The notes under the pieces: generated by a model
The model's database searches: none
Seen by the model: only the letters and a program-made list of their open reading frames with translations
Told to the model about the DNA's origin: nothing
Virus record (IMG/VR): IMGVR_UViG_3300045988_161285
Coordinates: 1 to 60,176 of that record
Source of the DNA: a virus
Length of the DNA: 60,176 nucleotides
Strand: one strand, 5' to 3'
Position numbers and translations under genes: made by a program
In this document: in pieces, positions 28,380 to 38,456 of the stretch
How the letters are laid out: every line of letters begins with the position of its first letter
Numbering within the stretch: position 1 is the stretch's first letter

Positions 28380-28912
28380 TGCTTATTCTGATATATTTCT
28401 CGTAATCGACGTTCATAACGTATTTTCTCCGCGTCCATATCAAGACACTTGTACACTCTTACCCATAGAACACTCTCTACCTGCTCATGGTCAGTTATCC
28501 CCATACGGGTAGCATAGTAATCTACCAAGCCAAACAACCCGAACGAAAGCTTATCCACTCCGGCACGTCTTTCTTCCGGAGTCGGTGCCACGCTTGTAGT
28601 TTCAAAGAGCTTGGTAATACGTTCAACTTCCCTAGTTACCCATGTGGAGAATCCCAAAATATCCGCTGCTTCATACTTCTCTATCTTATCAATAGGCAAA
28701 CCGAGGACAACACGACATGGAACCATTATACAGTCTATTACATTGCGTACGGATTGCAGTTCCATCAACTGACCTATGGTGAGGTCGTTCAGAGTCTCCG
28801 GAACTCTGACACCTGCGACAAAGTCCGGTTTAGGCAACTTTCCTATCTGCTCCAACAATTCAGCAGCATTGCTCGCCACGTCACTCAATATCAAAAACTC
28901 TTTTACTGTCAT
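28376..28912 (-). CDS. small virion-module protein
   Basis: 178 aa, ATGA overlap with the terminase large subunit stop. Confidence 0.45.
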   Translation of the reverse strand: MTVKEFLILSDVASNAAELLEQIGKLPKPDFVAGVRVPETLNDLTIGQLMELQSVRNVIDCIMVPCRVVLGLPIDKIEKYEAADILGFSTWVTREVERITKLFETTSVAPTPEERRAGVDKLSFGLFGLVDYYATRMGITDHEQVESVLWVRVYKCLDMDAEKIRYERRLREIYQNKQ

Positions 28913-30225
28913 ATCTGTCCTAATTTTGCTTTTGGTCTTTTAGGTATCGGTTTTATACGAAAAAGCATTGCCATTATCAACATGTCGAGGTAATCCGGAG
29001 AATGCCCGAGTATATCTTTCATATTCTCCTTGCTGATTATCCCTTTCTTCCGGGTATCGGCATCTATATGGTCTTGCTTCAAGACGGACAATTCTTCCAT
29101 TATGCGCTCTCTTTGCGCTTCCGTACATATAATTCTTATCTGCCGATTATTTATTAGCTCTGCAAGCTTAAATGCACATTCAGATTTCAGGTTGTCGTAC
29201 TCTGGATTAATTGGTCGGGTACCACCATGAAATTCTTTGATACCATTCAAATAACTTTCAAGGTAGCTTCCAAGTCCATCACTATCAACTATCATCATGC
29301 TACGTGGAATCTTCCACTGTATCATCATGTTTTTAAGGTCCGTCTCAATAGATTTACCCGTGCTATATTCCTGGTCTAACCGGATATAACACACATTACC
29401 CACCCAGTGCCCCCCGACAAAACGGTCGCGTCCTTTCATGGCAAGGTCAGCTGCTCCCGTCGATAATCCTATCGGTTTTACGTGCTCATTTGCGAATAGG
29501 TCACAAATAGCATCATAATCACAGAGTGCTGTCGGGTCGTTGTCATACTCCCAATTACCATAGTACAAGCGCTCCTTTGTCACTTTGTCCCTGGTATTGC
29601 GGAGCGTATCTATGTAGTCCTCGGTAGCGTAGGGATTATCCTGCACCAATGCTTGAATAAAAGCGTATGGGGCTTCCAGCTTGCCTTCTTTCCACGGTTT
29701 GTAGAACTCACGATAAAGCCAGTTCTTCTTTGGATTGCAAGTGATAAGTATCTTCCCGGATATTCCATACACATCATTCAAGTGCCGTCCTATACGCGTC
29801 TTCAAAACCTCAAATGCGAGGTAGTGAACCTGCCCGGCTTCTTCAATCCACCCTCCAGTAAACTCCTTGGAGCCCAATCGCTCATACATCGGGTCTTTGA
29901 CGGGATAATATGTCAAGTCAAGAAAGATGATTTCCGACCCATTCCCTAAAAGTATACCGTCATTGGTCTGCTTGTAGTCAGTGAATCGATGCCACTTTGC
30001 CACCTTGTCGAAAGTGACAGAGATAGACTCACGGCTATCTTTCAAATTATTTCGGCCAGCGAACCATCGAGTGCCCGGGAGATAGTAAGCACATTGCATA
30101 AGCCATTCACACCCAAGCCATGACTTTCCACCTCCACCAGCTCCACCATAACACAGAAATTTCGTAACATCGTCACGAAGGTAGTTATAGGCTAACCTCT
30201 GCTTTATATTGACCTTATATCCCAT
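28909..30225 (-). CDS. terminase large subunit
   Basis: Walker A YGGAGGGGKS, Walker B-like GGWIEEAG, C-terminal nuclease DSDGLG and GHSPDYLD. Confidence 0.85.
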   Translation of the reverse strand: MGYKVNIKQRLAYNYLRDDVTKFLCYGGAGGGGKSWLGCEWLMQCAYYLPGTRWFAGRNNLKDSRESISVTFDKVAKWHRFTDYKQTNDGILLGNGSEIIFLDLTYYPVKDPMYERLGSKEFTGGWIEEAGQVHYLAFEVLKTRIGRHLNDVYGISGKILITCNPKKNWLYREFYKPWKEGKLEAPYAFIQALVQDNPYATEDYIDTLRNTRDKVTKERLYYGNWEYDNDPTALCDYDAICDLFANEHVKPIGLSTGAADLAMKGRDRFVGGHWVGNVCYIRLDQEYSTGKSIETDLKNMMIQWKIPRSMMIVDSDGLGSYLESYLNGIKEFHGGTRPINPEYDNLKSECAFKLAELINNRQIRIICTEAQRERIMEELSVLKQDHIDADTRKKGIISKENMKDILGHSPDYLDMLIMAMLFRIKPIPKRPKAKLGQI

Positions 30226-30767
30226 TACTTGACTTTCTCCGCATCTTCTGTATATGGTAGAAAATTAAATCCTTTGAACTCTTTTCCTGCATTCGTATGG
30301 TCCACTTCCTGCTTGTCAGCAAGCCCTAACTTTCGGGCAATGATATTCGCATTGAAAGCTCCAACGCACGCTCCTTCAAACTGCTGCGTCTCGATGGTTT
30401 CCTCCACGCGTGCGATGACCTCCAAAAAATCTTCATCATTCTTATTTCTACATTCTGTACGAAAGGTGCTCCACCATTTGGATGAAGCGCCTACATAAAT
30501 ACAGAATCCGGTTAGGGAATACGGACGAGAAGTCGGGGAAACTTCTTGTTGTACTTGTTGCTCATTGACTGTCTCCACCTTCTTCCCTTTCTTCCTTCTT
30601 ACCGGAACTGTCTTTTGAATGGCCTTTTTAGATAACCATGGGTTTTCATCGCACCATTGGAAATACTCACATGCCGCCTCCCATAAGAGTTCTGGCGTGG
30701 AAAAGAGCTTATCCCTTCCGTGCTTACTTCTTAACATCCAAAATTTATTTCCAGTTGGTGCCGCCAT
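30225..30767 (-). CDS. terminase small subunit
   Basis: GRDKLFSTPELLWEAACEYFQWCDENPW N-terminal motif; stop overlaps the TerL start. Confidence 0.7.
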   Translation of the reverse strand: MAAPTGNKFWMLRSKHGRDKLFSTPELLWEAACEYFQWCDENPWLSKKAIQKTVPVRRKKGKKVETVNEQQVQQEVSPTSRPYSLTGFCIYVGASSKWWSTFRTECRNKNDEDFLEVIARVEETIETQQFEGACVGAFNANIIARKLGLADKQEVDHTNAGKEFKGFNFLPYTEDAEKVK

Positions 30768-30768
30768 C

Positions 30769-31623
30769 TTATTTTTTCTTGAATCGTTCGTCCAATATCT
30801 TAGGAACAGTGTTATTCCAATTAATCACGTGGTGCAATCTTTTCGTTTCCTCGCTATGGCCCATCACGCCCACCTTCACAGAGGATGGCATCATCATAAC
30901 CGTATAAAAGCTCTTGACATACGTCCCTTGACTCATGTATATATCCGTCATACCTCCTTTATTCTTCTGTGTCTGCTTCTGGTTTAGCGCCACTTGTGGA
31001 ACCTGCAGAAGCAGACATCCCCTGCTCCCAAGTGTGGTATAGGTGTTCACATCTTCATTAATGCGACCAACGAATTGGAACGGTCTATCTACGGAACAGA
31101 TGAAAGAATTCATCGCTTTTCGTTTCATCTTCTCGCCTTTCAAAATATCGTTCTCCTTTCCTCCTACAAAATCGCCTCTCTGAGCCATAGCCAAAGTGAG
31201 AGCCGGAATACTTTCATAAAAACGTAGCATAGCTTCAAATACCACGTCCAATTGCTTTATTGCCCTCTGTTTGACTGTACCATCTCTGCCGTAAGTAAAA
31301 GAAAAAACATCGTAATCATCATCCAGTTCTATGAAGTATTTGTAACCAAGTTTCCTTGCTATCTGAAAGCAAGCATTGCGCGCATAAACAATAGCTCTGC
31401 GATCATCAAAATTATCCGCTTCATCAAAAGTCTTTGCAATCTTCGGTTTATCGAACATTATAACGTTTTTATATTTCGCGTAATAATCTGCGGCCGCCTT
31501 ATCTTCATTGTCTATCACATAAACAATTGGTCCCGTATAGCCACACTTCCGCAAAGTCTTATCTGTGATGACGGAATCGGCACGGCCATGCGTCAGTATG
31601 AACGCTACAAAATCACTCCTCAT
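30769..31623 (-). CDS. GT-A-like glycosyltransferase-fold protein (tentative)
   Basis: Rossmann-like N-terminus, DxD-type motif FIELDDDYD; 284 aa. Confidence 0.35.
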   Translation of the reverse strand: MRSDFVAFILTHGRADSVITDKTLRKCGYTGPIVYVIDNEDKAAADYYAKYKNVIMFDKPKIAKTFDEADNFDDRRAIVYARNACFQIARKLGYKYFIELDDDYDVFSFTYGRDGTVKQRAIKQLDVVFEAMLRFYESIPALTLAMAQRGDFVGGKENDILKGEKMKRKAMNSFICSVDRPFQFVGRINEDVNTYTTLGSRGCLLLQVPQVALNQKQTQKNKGGMTDIYMSQGTYVKSFYTVMMMPSSVKVGVMGHSEETKRLHHVINWNNTVPKILDERFKKK

Positions 31624-32377
31624 CTTCGGTATCCTCCAGCATTATTTCATAAATATCCTCCTTGAACCGAGAATAACCGTTCTCTATCGCCTTATCAAAA
31701 TCTATTATTACCAGTGCAGATGCCTCCATCAGTTCCTGGACTTCTTTATCTTGATGAGCATAGAACTCTGCTATCTGTCCGTAATCAAATACTATATGCC
31801 TCAATGCTGCTATCCGAAGAAATTCCTTCACACAGTCCGGGACATCTGAATCGTCTATTGCCGAAAGCAGTTCTTCATATTTACTTTTGTCATAGAGAGA
31901 ATCTATTTCCGGGCATACAGGGCTTTTAGGCTCATACACCGGAGCTTCAATCTTTTTCGTGTATTTATTCCGGGCATCACTTTCACTATCTACCAGACTA
32001 TCATAGTCAAAATCAAAGTTTAATCCCCAATCCATCAAAGACTCTGCATTCCACTCCTTCAATAGTTTTTCGTCCCATGTACCATTATTCACGTTATCAC
32101 GGATAATAATCTCCCGTTCTCGTTCTTCTGTCAACCCATGAAGCAGAACCGTCGGCACGTCAGAAAGTCCTAGTTCCACACTGGCATCATACCGTTGGTT
32201 TCCGGCTATAATCACCAGTTCCCCAGTCCGGTCAGAGAGTATGATGGGACGTGCCTCGAAGTAGTCCGGATTACTATGAATAGACTCTTTGAGTATCCGC
32301 ATCTGCTCCTCTGATATGGTTCTGGGATTGTTACCCAGTTTTTTAAGGTCTTCTATTTTTCTATAAATTATCTCCAT
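31613..32377 (-). CDS. ParB/Srx N-terminal-domain protein (ParB-like nuclease family)
   Basis: LGNNPRTISEEQ...PIILSD...VIIAGNQRYDAS; ATG 32377 preferred over GTG 32383. Confidence 0.7.
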   Translation of the reverse strand: MEIIYRKIEDLKKLGNNPRTISEEQMRILKESIHSNPDYFEARPIILSDRTGELVIIAGNQRYDASVELGLSDVPTVLLHGLTEEREREIIIRDNVNNGTWDEKLLKEWNAESLMDWGLNFDFDYDSLVDSESDARNKYTKKIEAPVYEPKSPVCPEIDSLYDKSKYEELLSAIDDSDVPDCVKEFLRIAALRHIVFDYGQIAEFYAHQDKEVQELMEASALVIIDFDKAIENGYSRFKEDIYEIMLEDTEDEE

Positions 32378-32600
32378 TGGCACACTATTTTACGTTACGA
32401 AAATAAAGATACCGAATAATCCACGAACGGACTATTCGGCATCAAAGAAGTTACTGACACGATTTGGCAGAAGATTTTGCTTTAGCCAGCAATACCTTAA
32501 ATAAATCCCAACCTTCAATTTAACAATTACACCGTTAATGGTTAACAAGTACATTTACCAGCTAAACCATGTTATAAGATGGCTGAACAAAGGCTCATAA

Positions 32601-32631
32601 TTTGCATAACTTCCACAAAACCTTACCTTTG
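32601..32631 (+). promoter_or_regulatory. consensus Bacteroidota promoter on the plus strand (TTTG -33, TACCTTTG -7)
   Basis: TTTG 32601-32604, TACCTTTG 32624-32631, 19-nt spacer containing TTCCACA (32611-32617). Confidence 0.55.
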
Positions 32632-32637
32632 CAATGT

Positions 32638-32703
32638 GTTTTTCATAGTATTAGATTAAGGTTAACAAAAAGATTGGCTGTCCGTGAGGATAAGCCCGTT
32701 TTC
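32638..32703 (+). ncRNA. candidate ~65-nt small RNA (promoter plus terminator, no ORF)
   Basis: hairpin ggctgtcc GTGA ggataagccc plus GTTTT at 32676-32702, ~45 nt downstream of the predicted start. Confidence 0.35.
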
Positions 32704-32785
32704 GTTCCTTCCGGCAGTATAGAAAAAAGAGAGAAATCCATATATCCATTTCCCCGTATCAATGCTTTTCCCTCTGAATTTTATT

Positions 32786-33379
32786 TCACGTTTCATAATC
32801 AATACTTTTTCCATGTTTATTTTCTCTCAATTCATTGTATCGCATCTTCTGCTCCACATGCCATATAAGGTCTATGTTCAGATGTTTGGCAAACCCGAAA
32901 ATAGCCAATAGCATGCTATTTAATTGATTTTCTAATAGACTGTCATATTCATACTCACACCGTATAGGAATTGTAGATATAGCGTATATGCTTTCTGTGA
33001 AGGTCTCATTATTGCAGCTTTCTGTTGCTTCGTATATCATTTCACCTGAAAAATCATCAATGGATATATTTCTTAATCCAGCCAAATCAAGCAGGCGTAT
33101 GCAGGCGTCGGCAAGCTCGTCTTCCACACAGTCTTTGATATATGTTTCAAAGTTTTCCGCAAAATACTTATTTTGATAATGAAAAGTCCGTTCGTCAAAT
33201 ATTGTACCTTTTTTATCGACCGGAACTTTGGCAAATCGTCCTTTCCTGTCAGCTTTCACAGCTTCCATAAGCTCGGATATGACAAGGCAAAGGCAGTGTT
33301 CGTTACTCAGTTCTTCATCGTGAAAACCGTGCGTTACTGCGTTACGGTAGGCTTTATCTCTTAATTCATTTAAGTTCAT
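32786..33379 (-). CDS. MazG-like nucleoside triphosphate pyrophosphohydrolase
   Basis: all-alpha pattern ISELMEAVKADRKG and EDELADACIRLLDLA. Confidence 0.6.
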   Translation of the reverse strand: MNLNELRDKAYRNAVTHGFHDEELSNEHCLCLVISELMEAVKADRKGRFAKVPVDKKGTIFDERTFHYQNKYFAENFETYIKDCVEDELADACIRLLDLAGLRNISIDDFSGEMIYEATESCNNETFTESIYAISTIPIRCEYEYDSLLENQLNSMLLAIFGFAKHLNIDLIWHVEQKMRYNELRENKHGKSIDYET

Positions 33380-33589
33380 GATATTTGGGTATTAATTGGT
33401 TGGAAATACAATACCCGATAACCGCCACAAAGCAGTTTCCGGGTATTCACAAAGCACTGACAAGGATTGTCTGTAGAAATTTTACGCTGGTTAGTTATAG
33501 TCGATGTTTCTATCTAACAAACGATGTAAGAATAATTTTGATACTTGAAAAACTCTTAATATTGATTGTATATCGAATCCATATTAATC

Positions 33590-34273
33590 TCATTTTATTG
33601 CGTACGGATACCTTAAATCATGAATATCGACAATATCCTTACACAAACTATCCAAAGAAGGCATTATAAATGATCTTGTGATTCCTATTTTTTCAAGTTT
33701 ACTCAATATGTTTTGTTTATATTGTACAGGGATTATATATTTTGCATAGATAAATTCGAAATTTTCCTTCCAAGGTTCTGGATAAAGTACAAATATGCCA
33801 TTTTGATTTTTATACCTAACATCTGTCATATTAGGAACTAATAAAGTTATTGCGGGAAATGAAAGTATGTCATCTTTATCTTCATTGAAAACCCTCATTG
33901 AGAATGGATAACTATGATAAACAACTCCATCTTTATCAAAATTTGAACAACATGCAAAATATAATGCAATCAAAGGATTATAAGTCCAATCAAGAAGTCT
34001 CGTTGGAAGTCCATAGTGTTGTGCTAGAAATAGAAATTCCTTATCATTTTTAGGGCGTGCACCCGTAAACATTGAATATTTTCTTTTAAAATCCTCAAAT
34101 ACCTCCTTCTCATATTGCTTCAACACGTCCTCCTGTCCTTCCTTGAACCTCCGACCTATTGAAGGTATCAATTTATATTCAGAAGAAGATTGACCTCTGA
34201 AGAAATCCATTTCAGGGAGGCCGTTTTGTAAAGACATAAAATTTTCCAAGGTTTGTACAGTAAATACCTTCAT
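33590..34273 (-). CDS. FRG-domain protein
   Basis: FFRGQ...LIPSIGRR, LAQHYGLPTRLLDWT, RYKNQNGIF; ATG 34273. Confidence 0.75.
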   Translation of the reverse strand: MKVFTVQTLENFMSLQNGLPEMDFFRGQSSSEYKLIPSIGRRFKEGQEDVLKQYEKEVFEDFKRKYSMFTGARPKNDKEFLFLAQHYGLPTRLLDWTYNPLIALYFACCSNFDKDGVVYHSYPFSMRVFNEDKDDILSFPAITLLVPNMTDVRYKNQNGIFVLYPEPWKENFEFIYAKYIIPVQYKQNILSKLEKIGITRSFIMPSLDSLCKDIVDIHDLRYPYAIK

Positions 34274-34866
34274 CACTTTTTTTATTAAGGTTATAATATC
34301 ACTTAAATTCTACATTCAAGTCGTGTATTCACTGCAAATATACGATTTTAATTTACGGAAACTCAATAAAGTTTTTCTGCTATTAAAAAAATCAAAAGAT
34401 AAACATTAATTGTGATAGAGATAACTTTTAATATCCTCTCACTTGATATTAAACTTGCCCATGGTTGTTTTATGGTTATTGACTTCATTGCATTGAATTT
34501 TAAAGATTAATGATTATTTTTGTAATCCCAATAGCATCTCTGAAATACAAACAAAATCAGAGGGAAAACTAATGGGTTAAATTAATGGTAACATTAAATT
34601 ATAGACATCCTCATTCTTTTTAGAACTGTTAGAATGAGGCTCTGTCTCAAAACAGTAAAACAGTCCAGTGTTGTAGCGACAAACCTGTACATGTTCGTTC
34701 CTATTACAGATTCCGGTTTGGCAAATGTGAACACGTGAGAGAACATTGTAGAAGACTACCTTGTAGTCATCGTTAAAAGAATCATCTTTCCGAGGATACG
34801 TGACAGGTATCCTCGTTTCAATCTCCTTTCTCTTTAATTCATTATTGCTAGCATCTCATCGAAAAA

Positions 34867-35178
34867 CTAAATAGGTCTCCAATGAGTAACATATCCAGTC
34901 TTGATGTAGGGGTATATCCATTTATCCACTTCTCGCATTGCCATTTCATCAATACTACCATCAACAAATTTCACTTGACACATGCCTTTTGCTTGTTTGT
35001 TTGGTATTGCATCCTCTACGCTTATCCACGGTGATTGCTTTGCCTGCCATTCGACACCTTTTCTGAACATGTTTAGCATTGCTTGTTGCTGATATGCAAA
35101 CTCACCTTTAACCACTATTGCATAGCTTGACATAAGCTCTTGCCATGCAGCTTCTTCTACCGTCTGTTTCATAATCAT
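34867..35178 (-). CDS. DUF551-like phage protein
   Basis: C-terminal W...P...VTHWRPI pattern; N-terminus KQTVEEAA shared with the upstream paralog. Confidence 0.55.
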   Translation of the reverse strand: MIMKQTVEEAAWQELMSSYAIVVKGEFAYQQQAMLNMFRKGVEWQAKQSPWISVEDAIPNKQAKGMCQVKFVDGSIDEMAMREVDKWIYPYIKTGYVTHWRPI

Positions 35179-35531
35179 TACTCTTCAGTTGATATTAAAT
35201 CATCCAAATACGCCCATTCATCAATGGCATCTTTAGAGCACTCGTAATCATCGCACTCTTCATCGTCCCAGCATTGCTCTGTTACGTTCCAATAGCGGAC
35301 ACCGTAACCAGTTCCAGTGCTTAACTTTCCATACACAAGGCATGGTATCTGCGGATAATGTTCATTTTCGTATTCTCCATGAGCTTGTGGCACTTCATCT
35401 TTAGTCTTATGCCATACGCTATTGATGCGCCAGTTCGCACCGACAATAAATCCGGACTTATAAATATTCTGCCCGACGATATTATATCCTTCAGCTCCTT
35501 GTTTGGCTGCTTCTTCTACTGTCTGTTTCAT
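35178..35531 (-). CDS. DUF551-like phage protein (paralog)
   Basis: ATG 35531 (MKQTVEEAAKQ); acidic Cys-containing C-terminus. Confidence 0.5.
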   Translation of the reverse strand: MKQTVEEAAKQGAEGYNIVGQNIYKSGFIVGANWRINSVWHKTKDEVPQAHGEYENEHYPQIPCLVYGKLSTGTGYGVRYWNVTEQCWDDEECDDYECSKDAIDEWAYLDDLISTEE

Positions 35532-35619
35532 ATATTTCTTATTGTGAGCAAGAACCACCGGTTTCCGCTCGTGTTAATACTTCATGTGCAGAAATGGCTT
35601 CTTTTTGCACATGTTAATC

Positions 35620-35943
35620 TCAATTCATTTTCCTTTTTCTATTCCGCTCGCTCTGTACCTCTGCCATACACATCTTGCACCATGACGCTTTCAGATGGTA
35701 TTCCTTACCGTTACGACGGGCTGTCCTATCGAAGAACCGGGATAATGGAAGTGCTCTACCACAACGGGTGCACAGTTTACGCTCCACTCCGTCAACGACC
35801 ACCCGGTTACGGGGTTTCCTCCTCACGATTTCACATGGTCCGCATTCGGACGCACCGTACCTCCTGCAATAGGCAAGTGAGTGCTTGCCGCACTTGGCGA
35901 AGGAGGTGCAATCCGAACGGGGAACTATCTGGTGAATGTTCAT
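35620..35943 (-). CDS. Cys-rich zinc-finger protein
   Basis: multiple CxxC pairs (CGPC, CTRC, CKMC); 4-nt overlap with the upstream helicase-MTase gene. Confidence 0.5.
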   Translation of the reverse strand: MNIHQIVPRSDCTSFAKCGKHSLAYCRRYGASECGPCEIVRRKPRNRVVVDGVERKLCTRCGRALPLSRFFDRTARRNGKEYHLKASWCKMCMAEVQSERNRKRKMN

Positions 35944-38456
35944 ACGGCATCATTCATTAAGTCGAACAATGTGGGTGCGCTGACCTCCATCTCTGCCTCA
36001 TACAGATATGAAAGACTATCTTTCCAGTAGTCGTAATTGAGTTCGGTTGACAGACCTTTCCTCCCCAGATTGATAGCGCAATATGGAACAGTGCCGATAC
36101 CTCCGAAGGGGTCAAACACCAGTTCACCCCTGTTTGAATACCGTTCAATCAATCTTTCGACAATATCTAACTGAAGGGGGCAGATGTGGTTCTGCCGTTT
36201 CTTCTGCGACTGCTTGGTATTGAGCGTGCGCATCCGGGTGACATCATCCCATATCCAGGGCTTCTTGCTTACCGGGTCAACGGCCATGAATGTCTTTGGC
36301 AGTTTTCCGTATGCCTCCAGCTCTTCGGCGAATGATACGTGTTCCTCATAATCATAGACGTGCCCACGCTCGTAGTTCCTGAATAGGTGGCGTATCTTAT
36401 CTATTCCGGCTCCTTTCATGTCCTCATAGCTCAATAGAGAGTTACCAGAAGATTTCCAACTTGCATGGGCATCTATCTGCCAACGGGCCAACGAATATTC
36501 GCTTTTGTTCTTGGTCACCGGCAAATCAGCATAGGCCCGTGAGGTGTCGGAAGGCAACTTGCGGAAAAGAAGGACATACTCAGGACAACCGATACCCATC
36601 TTTGAACCGTCCTTGCACATCTCCGTATATCCAAGCCGATAAGTCTGGTTGTTCTCCCTTACCACATCCGTATCCACCGTGATGCGCCCCATGTAGCGGA
36701 ACCCGTGTTTCATGTAGTGGAATACAGTCATTTCACTGAACGGGTCGATGGTGGGCATACCGTCACCAGTGGCGTTGCCGAACAAAACACGGTCTTTCAC
36801 ATGGATGCAAGCTAACCTACCGGGTTTAAGAATACGCATAAGCTCCGGTGTAAGATAATCCATCTGCTCGAAGAACTTGCCGTTGTCCTCATTATGCCCG
36901 AAGTCGTTATAGGTCGGAGTGTACTCATAGTGGTTGGAGAACGGGATGCTGGTTACAATCAAGTCCACCGAATTACTTTCCATAGTCTGGCATTCAAGAA
37001 CATTGTCATTATTGATTGCCCTCCACAGTTTGCCGGACTTTTCTTCCCTGCTGGCAAACATCCACCGCATCATCTTCTCCTCTGCCTGCAAGCCGAACAA
37101 ACCGTTCTCGCGGACTATATCGGTCATCTTGGCTACCATCTCGCGGTGTTGCGCCCACTTCTGCATGAAGCTCTTGTATATCTCTCCCTCACTTTCCGCA
37201 TAGACCAGATAAAGGTCAACCGGATGCTGCTGCATGAAACGGTAGATACGGGCTATCGCCTGGAACTTGTCGTTAAAACGGTAGTCAATGAACATGATTG
37301 CCTTATGGCAGTGGTACTGGAAGTTCAAACCTTCACCAAGCATCTCCGGTTTGGCAGCCAGATATTTCAGACGGCCGTCCTTAAAGTCCGCTATCACTTC
37401 GTCGGCTTCCTCATCATCCTGCGAGCCGTACACAGCCTTACATCCGGGTATGGCGTCACACAAAGCCTTCCGTTCATTCTCCAGGTCATGCCATAAAAGG
37501 AAATGGTCGTCTTTGTTTTCAGGACGGTTAATGATTTCCACCACACGGGCAATCTTTTCCTGCATGTTGTCCCGACGTTCTTTCGCTGCGTCGGCAAGTC
37601 CGAGAGCAGCCTCACGGAACATCTTCACTTGTCCGTCACGGTCGGTTCCGGCAGTGGAGTTATCAACACTAACCACTTCTTCATGTACACGCAGTTCCGG
37701 CAATTCATATCCGGTATCGGGGTAACCAAGGTCGGACGGTCTGGTGAGGAACAACGCCCATGTACTTACCCACAACCAGAACTCCTTCTCCTTGTGCGGA
37801 TAAAGGGTAAGGTTATTCGCCTTCGTGCTGTCACGCTGAAAGAAACGGGTAAGCGCCTGCCCGGTATCCATCACACCGAGATAACCGGCATAATGTATCA
37901 GCTCCTTGTATCTATTGGGCGATGGCGTGGCGGTGGCGACAAAGCGGTAGGGAACATCCGCAAACAAGGGAAGGAACTCCTGGTAGGTCTTGGTACCGAA
38001 ACCACGTAATACGCTCGCTTCATCCAATGATGTTGCGGTGAAGGAGGAAGGTTCTATTCTTACACCATCTTCACCGTCGCGCACACGCTCGTAGTTCGTA
38101 ACCATGATGTCAGTCGGGCATATCATCACATCAGCCATAGTTCGTACATAGGTCACTTTCATGTGCAGATGTTGTTCCGCTTGTGTAAGGAACTCAACCA
38201 CTACACGTTTAGGACAAACTATCAGCCCTTTGCCGCCTTTGTGTTTCAGGACTACCCGAAGTATCTCCAACTGAGTAACGGTTTTCTGCATACCGAAACT
38301 GGAGAATATCGCACGGCAACCACCGGACACCGCCCAGCGAACAGTATCTTTCACATGGGGATATAACGACGGTGTCAGTTCATCCGGATTGACCTCGAAC
38401 CCGGTCTGACGGCTGATGGCCATCTTGTCTTTTAAAAATTCTATATATTCTTTCAT
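35940..38456 (-). CDS. SF2 (SNF2/ResIII-like) helicase fused to an N6/N4 DNA methyltransferase
   Basis: LDEASVLR (motif II), ATATPSPN, QAIARIYRFMQ; C-terminal IVTSIPFSNHYEY and VFDPFGGIGTV. Confidence 0.75.
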   Translation of the reverse strand: MKEYIEFLKDKMAISRQTGFEVNPDELTPSLYPHVKDTVRWAVSGGCRAIFSSFGMQKTVTQLEILRVVLKHKGGKGLIVCPKRVVVEFLTQAEQHLHMKVTYVRTMADVMICPTDIMVTNYERVRDGEDGVRIEPSSFTATSLDEASVLRGFGTKTYQEFLPLFADVPYRFVATATPSPNRYKELIHYAGYLGVMDTGQALTRFFQRDSTKANNLTLYPHKEKEFWLWVSTWALFLTRPSDLGYPDTGYELPELRVHEEVVSVDNSTAGTDRDGQVKMFREAALGLADAAKERRDNMQEKIARVVEIINRPENKDDHFLLWHDLENERKALCDAIPGCKAVYGSQDDEEADEVIADFKDGRLKYLAAKPEMLGEGLNFQYHCHKAIMFIDYRFNDKFQAIARIYRFMQQHPVDLYLVYAESEGEIYKSFMQKWAQHREMVAKMTDIVRENGLFGLQAEEKMMRWMFASREEKSGKLWRAINNDNVLECQTMESNSVDLIVTSIPFSNHYEYTPTYNDFGHNEDNGKFFEQMDYLTPELMRILKPGRLACIHVKDRVLFGNATGDGMPTIDPFSEMTVFHYMKHGFRYMGRITVDTDVVRENNQTYRLGYTEMCKDGSKMGIGCPEYVLLFRKLPSDTSRAYADLPVTKNKSEYSLARWQIDAHASWKSSGNSLLSYEDMKGAGIDKIRHLFRNYERGHVYDYEEHVSFAEELEAYGKLPKTFMAVDPVSKKPWIWDDVTRMRTLNTKQSQKKRQNHICPLQLDIVERLIERYSNRGELVFDPFGGIGTVPYCAINLGRKGLSTELNYDYWKDSLSYLYEAEMEVSAPTLFDLMNDAV

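Noticed and set aside
32602-32868. 88-aa plus-strand ORF over the candidate sRNA locus
   Set aside because: It starts with TTG upstream of the predicted transcription start, runs through a terminator hairpin and overlaps the MazG-like gene antisense.
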